NCBI GenBank assembly: GCA_964016885.1
Contig: OZ024741.1
Coordinates: 27,094,001 to 27,158,000 of the forward strand
Length of the DNA: 64,000 nucleotides
From: Eledone cirrhosa
Taxonomy: Eukaryota
Reading direction: 5' to 3'
Shown here: one piece after another, positions 53,935-64,000 of the stretch
How the letters are laid out: each line of letters opens with the position of its first letter
How positions within the stretch are numbered: position 1 is the first letter of the stretch
The notes under the pieces: generated by a model
What the model was told of the DNA's origin: nothing
Seen by the model: the letters and a program-made list of their open reading frames with translations, nothing else
Databases searched by the model: none
Translations under genes and position numbers: made by a program

Positions 53935-54246
53935 AAGGGTAACGGATAAAAGGGCAAAGATCCTCTTTAGTCACAAATGTCCATGGGTTTTGCACCTAGA
54001 ATGTTCTCCTCTCAGACACATGCCCAATCCTGGTGTGTTTTGTGGAAGACCAGCAGTTGTCCTGGCATACCAGCCTGATACCGCTTGGCACCAGTGATGT
54101 AACAACTCTTTTCTACAGCTGAGTAAACTGGAACAATGTGAAATAAAGTGTCTTGCTCAAGGACACAACACATCACCTGGTCCGGGAATGAAACTCACAA
54201 CATCACAATTTTGAATCCAACTCTCTAATTACTAAGTCACCTGCTT
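53935..54246 (-). mobile_element. tRNA-head SINE, tail type 3 (tail boundary uncertain)
   Basis: Reverse complement of 54110-54245 gives the same head and central domain (CCTTGAGCAAGACACTTTATTTCACATTG...CTCAGCTGTAGAA); downstream sequence is unrelated to the other two copies. Confidence 0.7.
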
Positions 54247-54280
54247 GTTATATATATATTTATATATATATATATATATA

Positions 54281-54763
54281 TCATCATCATCATCATCATC
54301 ATTTTACATCCGCTTTTCCCTGCTTGCAAGGGTGGGACGGATCCTATTCAGCACAGCATTTCTCTACTTGTCACAGTCCTTCGTCTTCTCCTCCGTGAGT
54401 TTCAACGATCTGAGGTCTGCTCTCACCACCTCTGCCCTTGTTTTTCGTGGTCTTTCTCTACTGTGTCTTCCTTCTACTGGGATTTCTTGGCACTTCTTTA
54501 CCCAGCGGTCATCCTCCATGCGCATCACATGTCCATACCATCTCAGCCTTCTCTCCTGCACACCACAACTTATCCCTCTTATACACAGTTTCTCTCTCAA
54601 CTCATCTATGCTTAATCGTTCACACACATTGAGATTGCACATCCAACAGAGCATGCTTGCTTCATTTCTCTCCAGCCGTCGCTTATCCTCTGTAGTTGCT
54701 GCCCATGTCTCACTACCATGCAGCATCGCGCATCTCACACAGGCATCATATAACCGGCCTTTC
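54281..54763 (-). mobile_element. 5'-truncated RTE LINE subfamily C
   Basis: [20 protein letters not shown]...RRLRWYGHV...RPRKT; very short 3' UTR, (GAT)n tail, (AT)n on both sides. Confidence 0.92.
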
Positions 54764-54858
54764 GTATATATATATATATATAGTTCAAGGAAACAACAAA
54801 ACAGAGGGACAAAAAGTTTTATTAGTTTCAAGCTTTATATGGAAAAGGGGAAAGAAAG

Positions 54859-54893
54859 TTCCACGTGTCGGGCTTTAGCCCTTCTTCAGGAGT
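54859..54893 (-). ncRNA. Mutated minimal hammerhead (Penelope-type), probably inactive
   Basis: Minus: CTC-CTGAAGA-A-GGGC-TAAA-GCCC-GACA-CG-TG-GAA. GAAA has become GACA and the cleavage base is G. AATAAA lies ~35 nt downstream; the element (~54783-55120) is flanked by (TA)n. Confidence 0.5.
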
Positions 54894-54931
54894 ACAAAAA
54901 TAGAGACAGGATGACAAAGGATAGATATGGA

Positions 54932-54965
<34 letters not shown>

Positions 54966-55289
54966 ATAGAACAATGAAAACAAGACAGAAGTCAGAGGTA
55001 GTTAATTAATTCATTGTTTTACGATCGTCTCAGAGGGTCGATTGATCGGGGAAGATCGATGGTGTTGGTTAGGTTATTACCTATGTCTAGTTTCAAAATT
55101 CTTGTTTGATTGACCGTCCATATATGGGTGTATATGTATATATGGGTGTATATATATATATGGGTGTATATATATATATATATCCTGGTGCTGTGGGAAG
55201 TTCACCATAAGAAGTGATGGCTGGTGTCAGGAAAGGTGTCAAAACATACCCCCCCCCCCCCGTATGGAACAATGGACATAAAAGTGTTG

Positions 55290-57576
55290 GTGATAGTAAT
55301 GGTGGTGGGGTTAGTGGTGATGGTGGTGATGGTGGTGGTGGGGTTAGTGGTAAGGATGGTGATAGTGGTGGTGGGGTTAGTGGTAAGGGTGGTACGGATG
55401 GTGATAGTTGTGATGGTGGTGGTGGGGTTAGTGGTGATGGTGGTGATGGTGGTGGTGGGTCTAGTGGTAAGGATGGTAAGGATGGTGATAGTGGTGATGG
55501 TGGTTGTGGGGTTAGTGGTAAGGATGGTGATGATGGTGATGGTGGTTAGTGGTAAGGATGGTGATAGTGGTGATGGTGGTGGTGGGGTTAGTGGTAAGGA
55601 TGGTGATGATGGTGATGATGGTGATGGTGGTTAGTGGTAAGGATGGTGATGATGGTGATAGTGGTGATGGTGGTGGTGGGGTTAGTGGTAAGGATGGTAA
55701 GGATGGTGATAGTGGTGATGGTGGTGGTGGGGTTAGTGGTAAGGATGGTGATGATGGTGATGGTGGTTAGTGGTAAGGATGGTAAGGATGGTGATGGTGG
55801 TGGTGGGGTTAGTGGTAAGGATGGTGATGATGGTGATGATGGTGATGATGGTGATGATGGTGATGGTGGTTAGTGGTAAGGATGGTGATGATGGTGATGA
55901 TGGTGATGGTGGTTAGTGGTAAGGATGGTAAGGATGGTGATGATGGTTAGTGGTAAGGATGGTAAGGATGGTGATGATGGTGATGGTGGTTAGTGGTAAG
56001 GATGGTGATAGTGGTGATGGTGGTGGTGGGGTTAGTGGTAAGGATGGTGATGATGGTGATGATGGTGATGGTGGTTAGTGGTAAGGATGGTGATAGTGGT
56101 GATGGTGGTGGTGGGGTTAGTGGTAAGGATGGTGATGGTGGTTAGTGGTAAGGATGGTGATGATGGTGATGGTGGTTAGTGGTAAGGATGGTGATGATGG
56201 TGATGATGGTGATGGTGGTTAGTGGTAAGGATGGTGATAGTGGTGATGGTGGTGGTGGGGTTAGTGGTAAGGATAGTGATGGTGGTTAGTGGTAAGGATG
56301 GTGATGATGGTGATGGTGGTTAGTGGTAAGGATGGTAAGGATGGTGATGATGGTGATGGTGGTTAGTGGTAAGGATGGTGATGATGGTGATGGTGGTTAG
56401 TGGTAAGGATGGTAAGGATGGTGATAGTGGTGATGGTGGTGGTGGGGTTAGTGGTAAGGATGGTAAGGATGGTGATGGTGGTGGTGGGGTTAGTGGTAAG
56501 GATGGTGATGATGGTGATGATGGTGATGGTGGTTAGTGGTAAGGATGGTGATAGTGGTGATGGTGGTGGTGGGGTTAGTGGTAAGGATGGTGATGATGGT
56601 GATGATGGTGATGGTGGTTAGTGGTAAGGATGGTGATGATGGTGATGATGGTGATGGTGGTTAGTGGTAAGGATGGTGATGATGGTGATGATGGTGATGG
56701 TGGTTAGTGGTAAGGATGGTAAGGATGGTGATGATGGTGATGGTGGTTAGTGGTAAGGATGGTGATGATGGTGATGATGGTGATGGTGGTTAGTGGTAAG
56801 GATGGTAAGGATGGTGATGATGGTGATGGTGGTTAGTGGTAAGGATGGTAAGGATGGTGATGGTGGTTAGTGGTAAGGATGGTAAGGATGGTGATAGTGG
56901 TGATGGTGGTGGTGGGGTTAGTGGTAAGGATGGTAAGGATGGTGATGGTGGTGGTGGGGTTAGTGGTAAGGATGGTGATGATGGTGATGATGGTGATGGT
57001 GGTTAGTGGTAAGGATGGTGATAGTGGTGATGGTGGTGGTGGGGTTAGTGGTAAGGATGGTGATGATGGTGATGATGGTGATGGTGGTTAGTGGTAAGGA
57101 TGGTGATGGTGGTGATGATGGTGATGGTGGTTAGTGGTAAGGATGGTAAGGATGGTGATAGTGGTGATGGTGGTGGTGGGGTTAGTGGTAAGGATGGTGA
57201 TGATGGTGATGATGGTGATGGTGGTTAGTGGTAAGGATGGTAAGGATGGTGATGATGGTGATGGTGGTTAGTGGTAAGGATGGTGATGATGGTGATGATG
57301 GTGATGGTGGTTAGTGGTAAGGATGGTAAGGATGGTGATGATGGTGATGGTGGTTAGTGGTAAGGATGGTGATGATGGTGATGATGGTGATGGTGGTTAG
57401 TGGTAAGGATGGTGATGATGGTGATGATGGTGATGGTGGTTAGTGGTAAGGATGGTGATGATGGTGATGATGGTGATGGTGGTTAGTGGTAAGGATGGTG
57501 ATGATGGTGATGGTGGTTAGTGGTAAGGATGGTGATGGTGGTGATGGTGGTTAGTGGTAAGGATGGTGATGGTGGT
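55290..57576. repeat. Compound GGT/GAT repeat with a GGTTAGTGGTAAGGAT anchor
   Basis: Variable-length units GGTTAGTGGTAAGGATGGTGAT(GATGGTGAT)nGGT. Confidence 0.96.
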
Positions 57577-57669
57577 GTTTACATGTACGTCAGTGTTGGA
57601 TTCACAAAAGCCATTACCTACCTATACCATCTATTGCTCATTGTCATCCTCTACCTCTTCCTCCTCTGT

Positions 57670-58270
57670 ATACTACTACTACTACTAAGTCCACCTCCAG
57701 AACTACCACCACCACTACTACCTCAAATACTACTACTACCACCACTACTACTACCACTACTACCACCACCACTACTACCTCAAATACTACTACCACCACT
57801 ACTACTACCACTACTACCACCACCACTACTACCTCAAATACTACTACTACCACCACTACTACTACCACTACTACCACCACCACTACTACCTCAAATACTA
57901 CTACTACCACTACTACTACTACCACCACTACTACTACCACTATTACCACCACTCTACTACCACAAATACTACTACTACTACTACTACTACCACCACTACT
58001 ACTACCACAAATACTTCTACTACCACTACTACCACCACTCTATTACCACATACTACTACTATTACTACTACTACTACTACCACCACTCTACTACCACAAA
58101 TACTACTACTACCACTACTACTACTACCACCACTACTACTACCACTACTACCACCACCACTACTACTACCACTACTACCACCACTCTACTACCACAAATA
58201 CTACTACTACCACTACTACTACTACCACTACTACCACCACTCTACTACCACAAATACTACTACTACTACA
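57670..58270. repeat. (CTA/CCA)n compound repeat
   Basis: Direct inspection; explains the Leu/Pro/Tyr/Thr ORF. Confidence 0.95.
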
Positions 58271-58470
58271 TGTTATCTTTCACTCCCCCCCCCCCACACT
58301 TCACTCTATTAATTGTCCTCCACTACTTTTATTCAATATACTGATGCTGGTATTACAGGAAGTGGCCATACTCCAGATGCTCTCATCAATGTCTCTAAGT
58401 ACCATCATCATTGGCTATTTCTCCCCCTACCTACCTACCTCTCTATATATATATCTATCTACCTATCCAT

Positions 58471-59115
58471 GTGCGTGCGAGACGAAGAAACCGTCGCGCA
58501 CGCATTCATACACTGCGTAGGCGTCACCGACCTGTGGGGCTATGTAGAACGACTATTGTCGCAGGTGGGACCAATCCGGTTGACCACCGAGTCCATTGTC
58601 ATGATCAAACCGCCACCCTCCTTCAAAAACGAAGGAGAGGCAGTTTTCCTTTGTGTGATAGCTATGGCGAAAGAGGTTGTATGGTGGACGAGGTTAAAAG
58701 GGCTGAGGTCAGACACCTTTCTCTTCGGCCAACAACTGATTCTTTTTTTCACATACCACTTTGGAAGAAGAATCAGGATGGAGAGAGGGGTGCTGTACCC
58801 CAGCAAGTTTTATGAAAGGTGGGTGAAAGTGGCGAGAATGGCCCGAGTGAATGGGCCTTCTCTCTATATCAGCCTGTAGGTTGATGAAAAAGAGGAAGAG
58901 AGGAAAGGGGTACAAACTCTTCGTACTCCTGGAGATGATGGTTGCACATTTTTTTCGGGGGTATGTGCTACCCATATGAACTGTCTCCCCCTATTGGGGA
59001 AAATCGATTAACTTTTAATTTACAATTGTGATAACATTTTACACGTTTTTATTGTATGTAAACTCCCCCCTTTGTAATTGTCCCCTTCTTTTGTGCCCTG
59101 TGGCTAATAAAGAAA
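58471..59115 (+). mobile_element. 5'-truncated Tx1/L1-clade LINE (C-terminal CCHC zinc knuckle and 3' UTR)
   Basis: C..DEETVAHAFIHC...LW...AKEVVWWTR resembles the zf-RVT C-terminus; stop at 58879; ends GCTAATAAAGAAA. Confidence 0.85.
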
Positions 59116-59458
59116 CATATCTCTGTCTCTTACTCTCTCTAGCTGTCACTTTATCTCTCTCTCTCACACTCTCTTCTTTCTCTCCTATCTCTATTATCTT
59201 TTACCTTCTGATTCTTGTATACCATCTCTCCTCTCTTTCTTTAACTACAAATTCCATTTATGAGCCAATGCAGGAGATTCTAGAAATAACAGCCAAACCA
59301 CCCTCAATACACATTCCCACAATCTTAAAATAGAAAGGGTACATTATGTAGTTCAAGATACCCTTAAATAGATGGGATGATCACAGTTGGAATGTCTTTG
59401 ATCTTCTGTTAGTTTGATCAACACTAACCCAAGGCTAAACAAAACATATATGTATTTA

Positions 59459-59523
59459 TGTATGTAAACTTCCCCCTTTGTATTTGTCCCCTTCTTTTGT
59501 GCCCTTGTGGCTAATAAAGAAAT
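59459..59523 (+). mobile_element. Very short 3' end of the same Tx1/L1-like LINE
   Basis: TGTATGTAAACT...GTCCCCTTCTTTTGTGCCC..TGGCTAATAAAGAAA matches 59053-59115. Confidence 0.85.
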
Positions 59524-59585
59524 ATATCTATGTATCCATCTATCTACCTACCTATCTATCTCTCTATCTCTCTATCAATCTACCT

Positions 59586-59935
59586 TTTGAAAGAAGAATC
59601 AGGATGGAGAGAGAGGTGCTGTACCCCAGCAAATTTTATAAAAGGTGGGTGAGTGTGGCAAAGATGGCCCGAGTGGTTGGGCCTTCTCTCTATATAAGCC
59701 TGTAGGTTGAGGAAAAAGAGGAATTGAGGAAGGGAGTACTCACTCTTGGTGCTCCTGGAGATGAGGGTTGTACATTTTTTCGGGGTGTGTACAACCCCAG
59801 TGTAACGCCTCCCCCCTATTGGGGATATCAATTGTTATTTGTTATTTTATTAATAGTTTATTTTCATATACCTGTATGTAAACTCCCCATTTGTATTTGT
59901 CCCCTTCTTTTGTGCTCTTGTGGCTAATAAAGAAA
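59586..59935 (+). mobile_element. Third 3' fragment of the Tx1/L1-like LINE
   Basis: RRIRMEREVLYPSKFYKRWV...PSLYISL* plus the same 3' UTR. Confidence 0.9.
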
Positions 59936-60060
59936 TTTATCTATCTACCTATCTACCTCTTCACTCTTTTGCTCATTTTCTATTACCATCTATGTGTTAT
60001 CTGCTTTCTCCCCTCCCCCTCCATGCTAGTGTGGAAAATGGATGTTAAATGATGATGATG

Positions 60061-60263
60061 ATCATCATCACCGTTTTACGTCCGTTCTTCCATGTTAGCA
60101 TGGGTTAGACAGGTTGTCTTGTTGTGGGCAGTGTCTGGTTGGCTGACCATGCCTTGCTCATACAGGAACTGATTTTGGGTTGATTTCTACAGCTGGATGC
60201 CGTTCCTAACACCAACCTCATTTACAGTGAGTGCTGGGTGCTTTTTCCGTGGCGCCTACACGA
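60061..60263 (-). mobile_element. RTE-B 3' UTR fragment, tail-to-tail with a plus-strand tail stub at 60021-60062
   Basis: Matches 39140-39345; junction GATGATGATG-ATCATCATC. Confidence 0.85.
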
Positions 60264-60270
60264 TGATATA

Positions 60271-60309
<39 letters not shown>

Positions 60310-61024
60310 TCATTTTACATCCGTTTTTCCCTGCTTACAATATATATATATATATCTATATATCTAAAACAGAAAATGTCTGTCTGATTCCCTAAAACTC
60401 GACAACCACCCAACCGATTGTTTTCAAACTTTACACATGTAATACTTATGGTCCTGTGAGTGTTTTGAGCAAAAGAAATTTCAAATTTTCAATGCCCTAG
60501 GGACCGCATTAGGCGATTTAGCGATCTCTCTCTATAATTCTTAGTCTTCCTTTTTAGATAGATACATAGATATAACGTTGCACCCTTATAATATCTGTCT
60601 GTATGTCTGGATGTCTGCATTACGACATTATGACGCTATATGTGTGTGTATGTGTATATATATATATATATAGTGTGTGTATATATATAGTGTGTAACGT
60701 TTTTCGAAATATTTACTTCTGCATTCACAGATTGATTTTTTTTAGTTTCAGAAGATCCCGTTAAGGGGGAAAGCAGGGATTCTTTGCTTAAACTTTAATC
60801 TGTTATTTTAATATATATATATATATATATTTCGTTTCTGAATTTGTTTAGCAAGATTCTTTATCTGAAAACGTGTGTTGAAACCGATATTGTTATACTA
60901 TGGGAGGGTCATGTTGCCAATAAGAAACACACGCACCAGTTACTTTCACTTCAATTTATTATAATAAATTTATAAATTTCCGGTTGGTTGGTTGGTTCCA
61001 CAACCAGATGGTTGTTTATATATT

Positions 61025-61067
61025 GTCAAAGTTCTTTCGTCACACATTCTGTGACCTCTTCAGTGAC
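61025..61067 (-). ncRNA. Minimal type I hammerhead ribozyme motif
   Basis: Minus: GTCA-CTGAAGA-G-GTCAC-AGAATGT-GTGAC-GAAA-G-AA-C-TT-TGAC. Stem I GTCA/TGAC, stem II GTCAC/GTGAC, 2-bp stem III, CUU site. Confidence 0.7.
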
Positions 61068-61202
61068 TGGGGATTCTTTTCTTTGTTTTTTGTGCCTCTC
61101 CTTTGTTCTGTCCTACGCCATCTTGTTTTTGTGTCACAAAAACAAGATGGCATAGGACAGAACAAAGGAGAGGCACAAAAAACAAAGAAAAGAATCCCCA
61201 GT
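61066..61202. repeat. 137-bp near-perfect palindrome abutting the hammerhead
   Basis: 68-bp arms (61066-61133 and 61135-61202), 1-nt spacer, one mismatch. Confidence 0.96.
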
Positions 61203-61232
61203 ATTTTTGTCTACTAAATTTTGTTAACCAAC

Positions 61233-61268
<36 letters not shown>

Positions 61269-61271
<3 letters not shown>

Positions 61272-62136
61272 TGACCGAATTAGCAGTGGAGGTGGGTGTT
61301 CAGAAAGTACAATAACTAGGGTAAGAACGGGATGGAAGAAGTTTAGGGAACTACTACCACTGCTAGCTGCAAAAGGCTTCTCCCTCAAAATGAAAGGCAG
61401 ACTGTATGATGCGTGTATCCGAACAGCGATGTTGCATGGTAGTGAGACCTGGGCGCTGAAGGTGGAAGACTTACGTAGATTAGAGAGAAACGAAGCCTGT
61501 ATGCTCCGATGGATGTGTAATAGTAATATACGCGAACGACAAAGTATAAGTGAATTGAGAGAGAGACTGAGCATAAGAGGAATCAAATGCTGTGTGCAGG
61601 AGAGGCGGTTGCGCTGGTATGGACATGTGATGTGTATGAAGGATGACAGCTGCATAAAAAGGTGCAGAGCACTAGAAGTCGATGGAAACCGTGGAGTGGG
61701 GAGACCCAAGAAGACCTGGGAAGAGGTGATAAAAGCCGACCTGACCCAATTACACCTCTCAAAGGCGATGGCACACGACCGTGACCTCTGGCGTCACGCA
61801 GTAATACAGAATACCCAACCTCCCATGGGTACAAGCTGAAGCATATAGACAATATGCCCCCCCCTCACTGAAAGGTGGTCGTGGAGGTGCCACGGCAAAA
61901 AAGCACCCAGCCCACACTGTAAAGTGGACGTGTAGACGCCACGAAAAAGCACCCAGCACTCACTGTTAATAAGGTTGGTGTTAGGAAGGGCATCCAGCTG
62001 TAGAAATCAAGCCAAATCAGTTCCTGTATGAGCAAGGCATGGTAAGCCGACCAGACACTGCCCACAACAGGACAACCCGTCTAACCCATGCTAGCGTGGA
62101 AGAACGGACGTAAAACGGTGATGATGATGATGATGA
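61269..62136 (+). mobile_element. 5'-truncated RTE LINE subfamily B
   Basis: ORF 61390-61839 is nearly identical to 39392-40045. The 3' UTR has an internal duplication (GCCACG..AAAAAGCACCCAGC twice). (GAT)n tail; (AT)n flanks. Confidence 0.93.
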
Positions 62137-62162
62137 TATATATATAATTATATATTTGTGTA

Positions 62163-62565
62163 CATATTTTCAACAGTAATACTATACTATATATTTTCAA
62201 CAGTAAAACTGTACTACATATTTTCAACAGTAATACTATACTATATATTTTCAACAGTAAAACTGTACTACATATTTTCAACAGTAATACTATACTATAT
62301 ATTTTCAACAGTAATACTATACTATATGTTTTCAACAGTAATACTATACTATATATTTTCAACAGTAATACTATACTATATGTTTTCAACAGTAATACTA
62401 TACTATATATTTTCAACAGTAATACTATACTATATGTTTTCAACAGTAATACTATACTATATGTTTTCAACAGTAATACTATACTATATATTTTCAACAG
62501 TCATACTATACTGTGTTTTCAACAGTCATACTATACTATATATTTTCAACACTAATACTATACTA
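62163..62565. repeat. 27-bp minisatellite (~15 copies)
   Basis: Unit TATTTTCAACAGTAATACTATACTATA. Confidence 0.96.
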
Positions 62566-62685
62566 CACAGACAGCTTATCGTCTGTTTATCCAAGCGAAG
62601 CTAGATACGTCAGCTATATATATATATATATGGATGATGTAGAATACGCCAATGGTAGCCAGGCGCCAGCCGGACAGGCCAGCTA

Positions 62686-62733
<48 letters not shown>

Positions 62734-62891
62734 TCATCATCATCATTTTACGTCCATTTTTCCTGCTTGCAAGAGTGGGACATATATATATATAGTGTAG
62801 ATAGTATGGTGAGTTACTGGCGGAATAGGGATGTCTTTCAAGTCAATACACAAATATTTTTCATATGTGAACAAAACTTCCTCATTTTTTC

Positions 62892-62943
<52 letters not shown>

Positions 62944-62956
62944 ATATAAATATATA

Positions 62957-64000
62957 TCATCATCATCATCATCCTTGTTTAATGACCACTTTCCACGCTA
63001 GCATGGGTTAGATGGGAGTTGTCCCACTTGAGGCACGGTTCGTCGGGTGACCATGTCTCGCTCATATAGGACTATCTGGCAGGCTTTCTACGGCTGGATG
63101 CCCTTCCTAACACCAACCACATTTACAGTGTGGAACTGGGAACTTTTTTACCGTGTTACCTACACAGCCACATTACACCGTGGACTGTGTTTTTTTCTCG
63201 TGACACCTACACGATCTCGATCTCATTTATCTCATTTATTTGGACTGGATGTTGTGGTACCAACTTTATAGAGAGGGTGTGGTGTTGGTGGGAGTGGGAG
63301 GATAGGGTAGGGGTAGTGGATTGGGGGTGTATATTTGGTTAAGAGGAGCCTACTGACTGTAGGTTTCACTTTGTACATAGGCAAGGCGGGTCTTCAGTAT
63401 TACTGCGTAGCGCCAAAGATCTCGGTCCAGTGACATTGTCTTAGAGAGGTGTAAGTGTGTAAGGTCGTAATTTATCAGAACGTCCCAGGATTTTCTGGGT
63501 CTACCTACTCCGTCACTTCCATCAATTTTGATCGCCCTGCACTTTTTTATACAGCTGTCGTCTTTCATGCGCATCATGTGGCCATGCCAACGTAGTCTTC
63601 TCTCGAGTAAACAGCATCTGATCCCTCTTATTCCTAATTTCTCACTTAGTTCATTTATGCTTTGCCGTTCATGTATATTACTATTACACATCCAACGGAG
63701 CATGCATGCTTCGTTCCTTTCCAGTCTACGCAGGTCCTCTGCACAGAATGCCCATGTCTCACTGTCATGTAGCATTGCTGTTTGTATACAGGCATCATAC
63801 AATCTGTCTTTCATTTTCAGAGAGAAACCTTTTGCGGCCAACACTGGTATAAGCTCTCTGAACTTTTTCCATCCCGTTCTGGCTCTGGCTACTGTACTTT
63901 CAGAACACCCTCCACCACTGTCGGTTTCGTCACCTAGGTAACGGAAAGTGTGTACTATTTCTATAGAACCATCTGGGCAATCGAAGGGGCTAGTATCCTG
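62957..64000 (-). mobile_element. RTE LINE subfamily A fragment (runs off the window)
   Basis: Colinear with 37767-38790; ORF 63350-63844; (GAT)n tail in (AT)n. Confidence 0.93.

Larger units (their letters stand above)
60355..62686 (+). mobile_element. Possible Helitron-like element(s) with nested insertions (pairing of ends uncertain)
   Basis: A|TCTATATATCTAAAA start. Hairpin plus CTAT at 62589-62617 and GC hairpin plus CTAG|T at 62658-62686. 60697-60733 matches 32738-32774 of the other Helitron-like element. Confidence 0.35.

Noticed and set aside
38707-63397. CTGAAGA/TCTTCAG matches inside RTE coding sequence (38707, ~39769, 63391)
   Set aside because: They are explained by codons and have no hammerhead stems.

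Overview
Repeat-saturated eukaryotic (animal) DNA with no intact protein-coding gene that I can support. The mix of RTE LINEs, tRNA-SINEs and abundant (AT)n resembles a coleoid cephalopod such as octopus, which is an inference only. Bases 1-29.4 kb are one array of about 360 copies of an 81/82-bp satellite with higher-order structure; the many ORFs there are repeat artefacts. The rest is a mosaic of minisatellites and microsatellites, 5'-truncated RTE and Tx1/L1-like LINE pieces, tRNA-derived SINEs, mariner/piggyBac/Helitron-type non-autonomous elements and a mariner transposase relic. The most notable signal, invisible in the ORF track, is seven dispersed type I hammerhead-ribozyme-like motifs between 31 and 61 kb. 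One is fully canonical (40533-40614) and the others are variant or degenerate. They lie in short non-coding elements mostly next to (TA)n/(CA)n, and three are coupled to long fold-back inverted repeats, an architecture typical of Penelope-like pLTRs or retrozymes. Also notable are a SINE head joined to three different tails (one a chimera of two LINE subfamilies present in the window) and LINEs that appear to target microsatellites. All structures were folded by eye; no searches were run.
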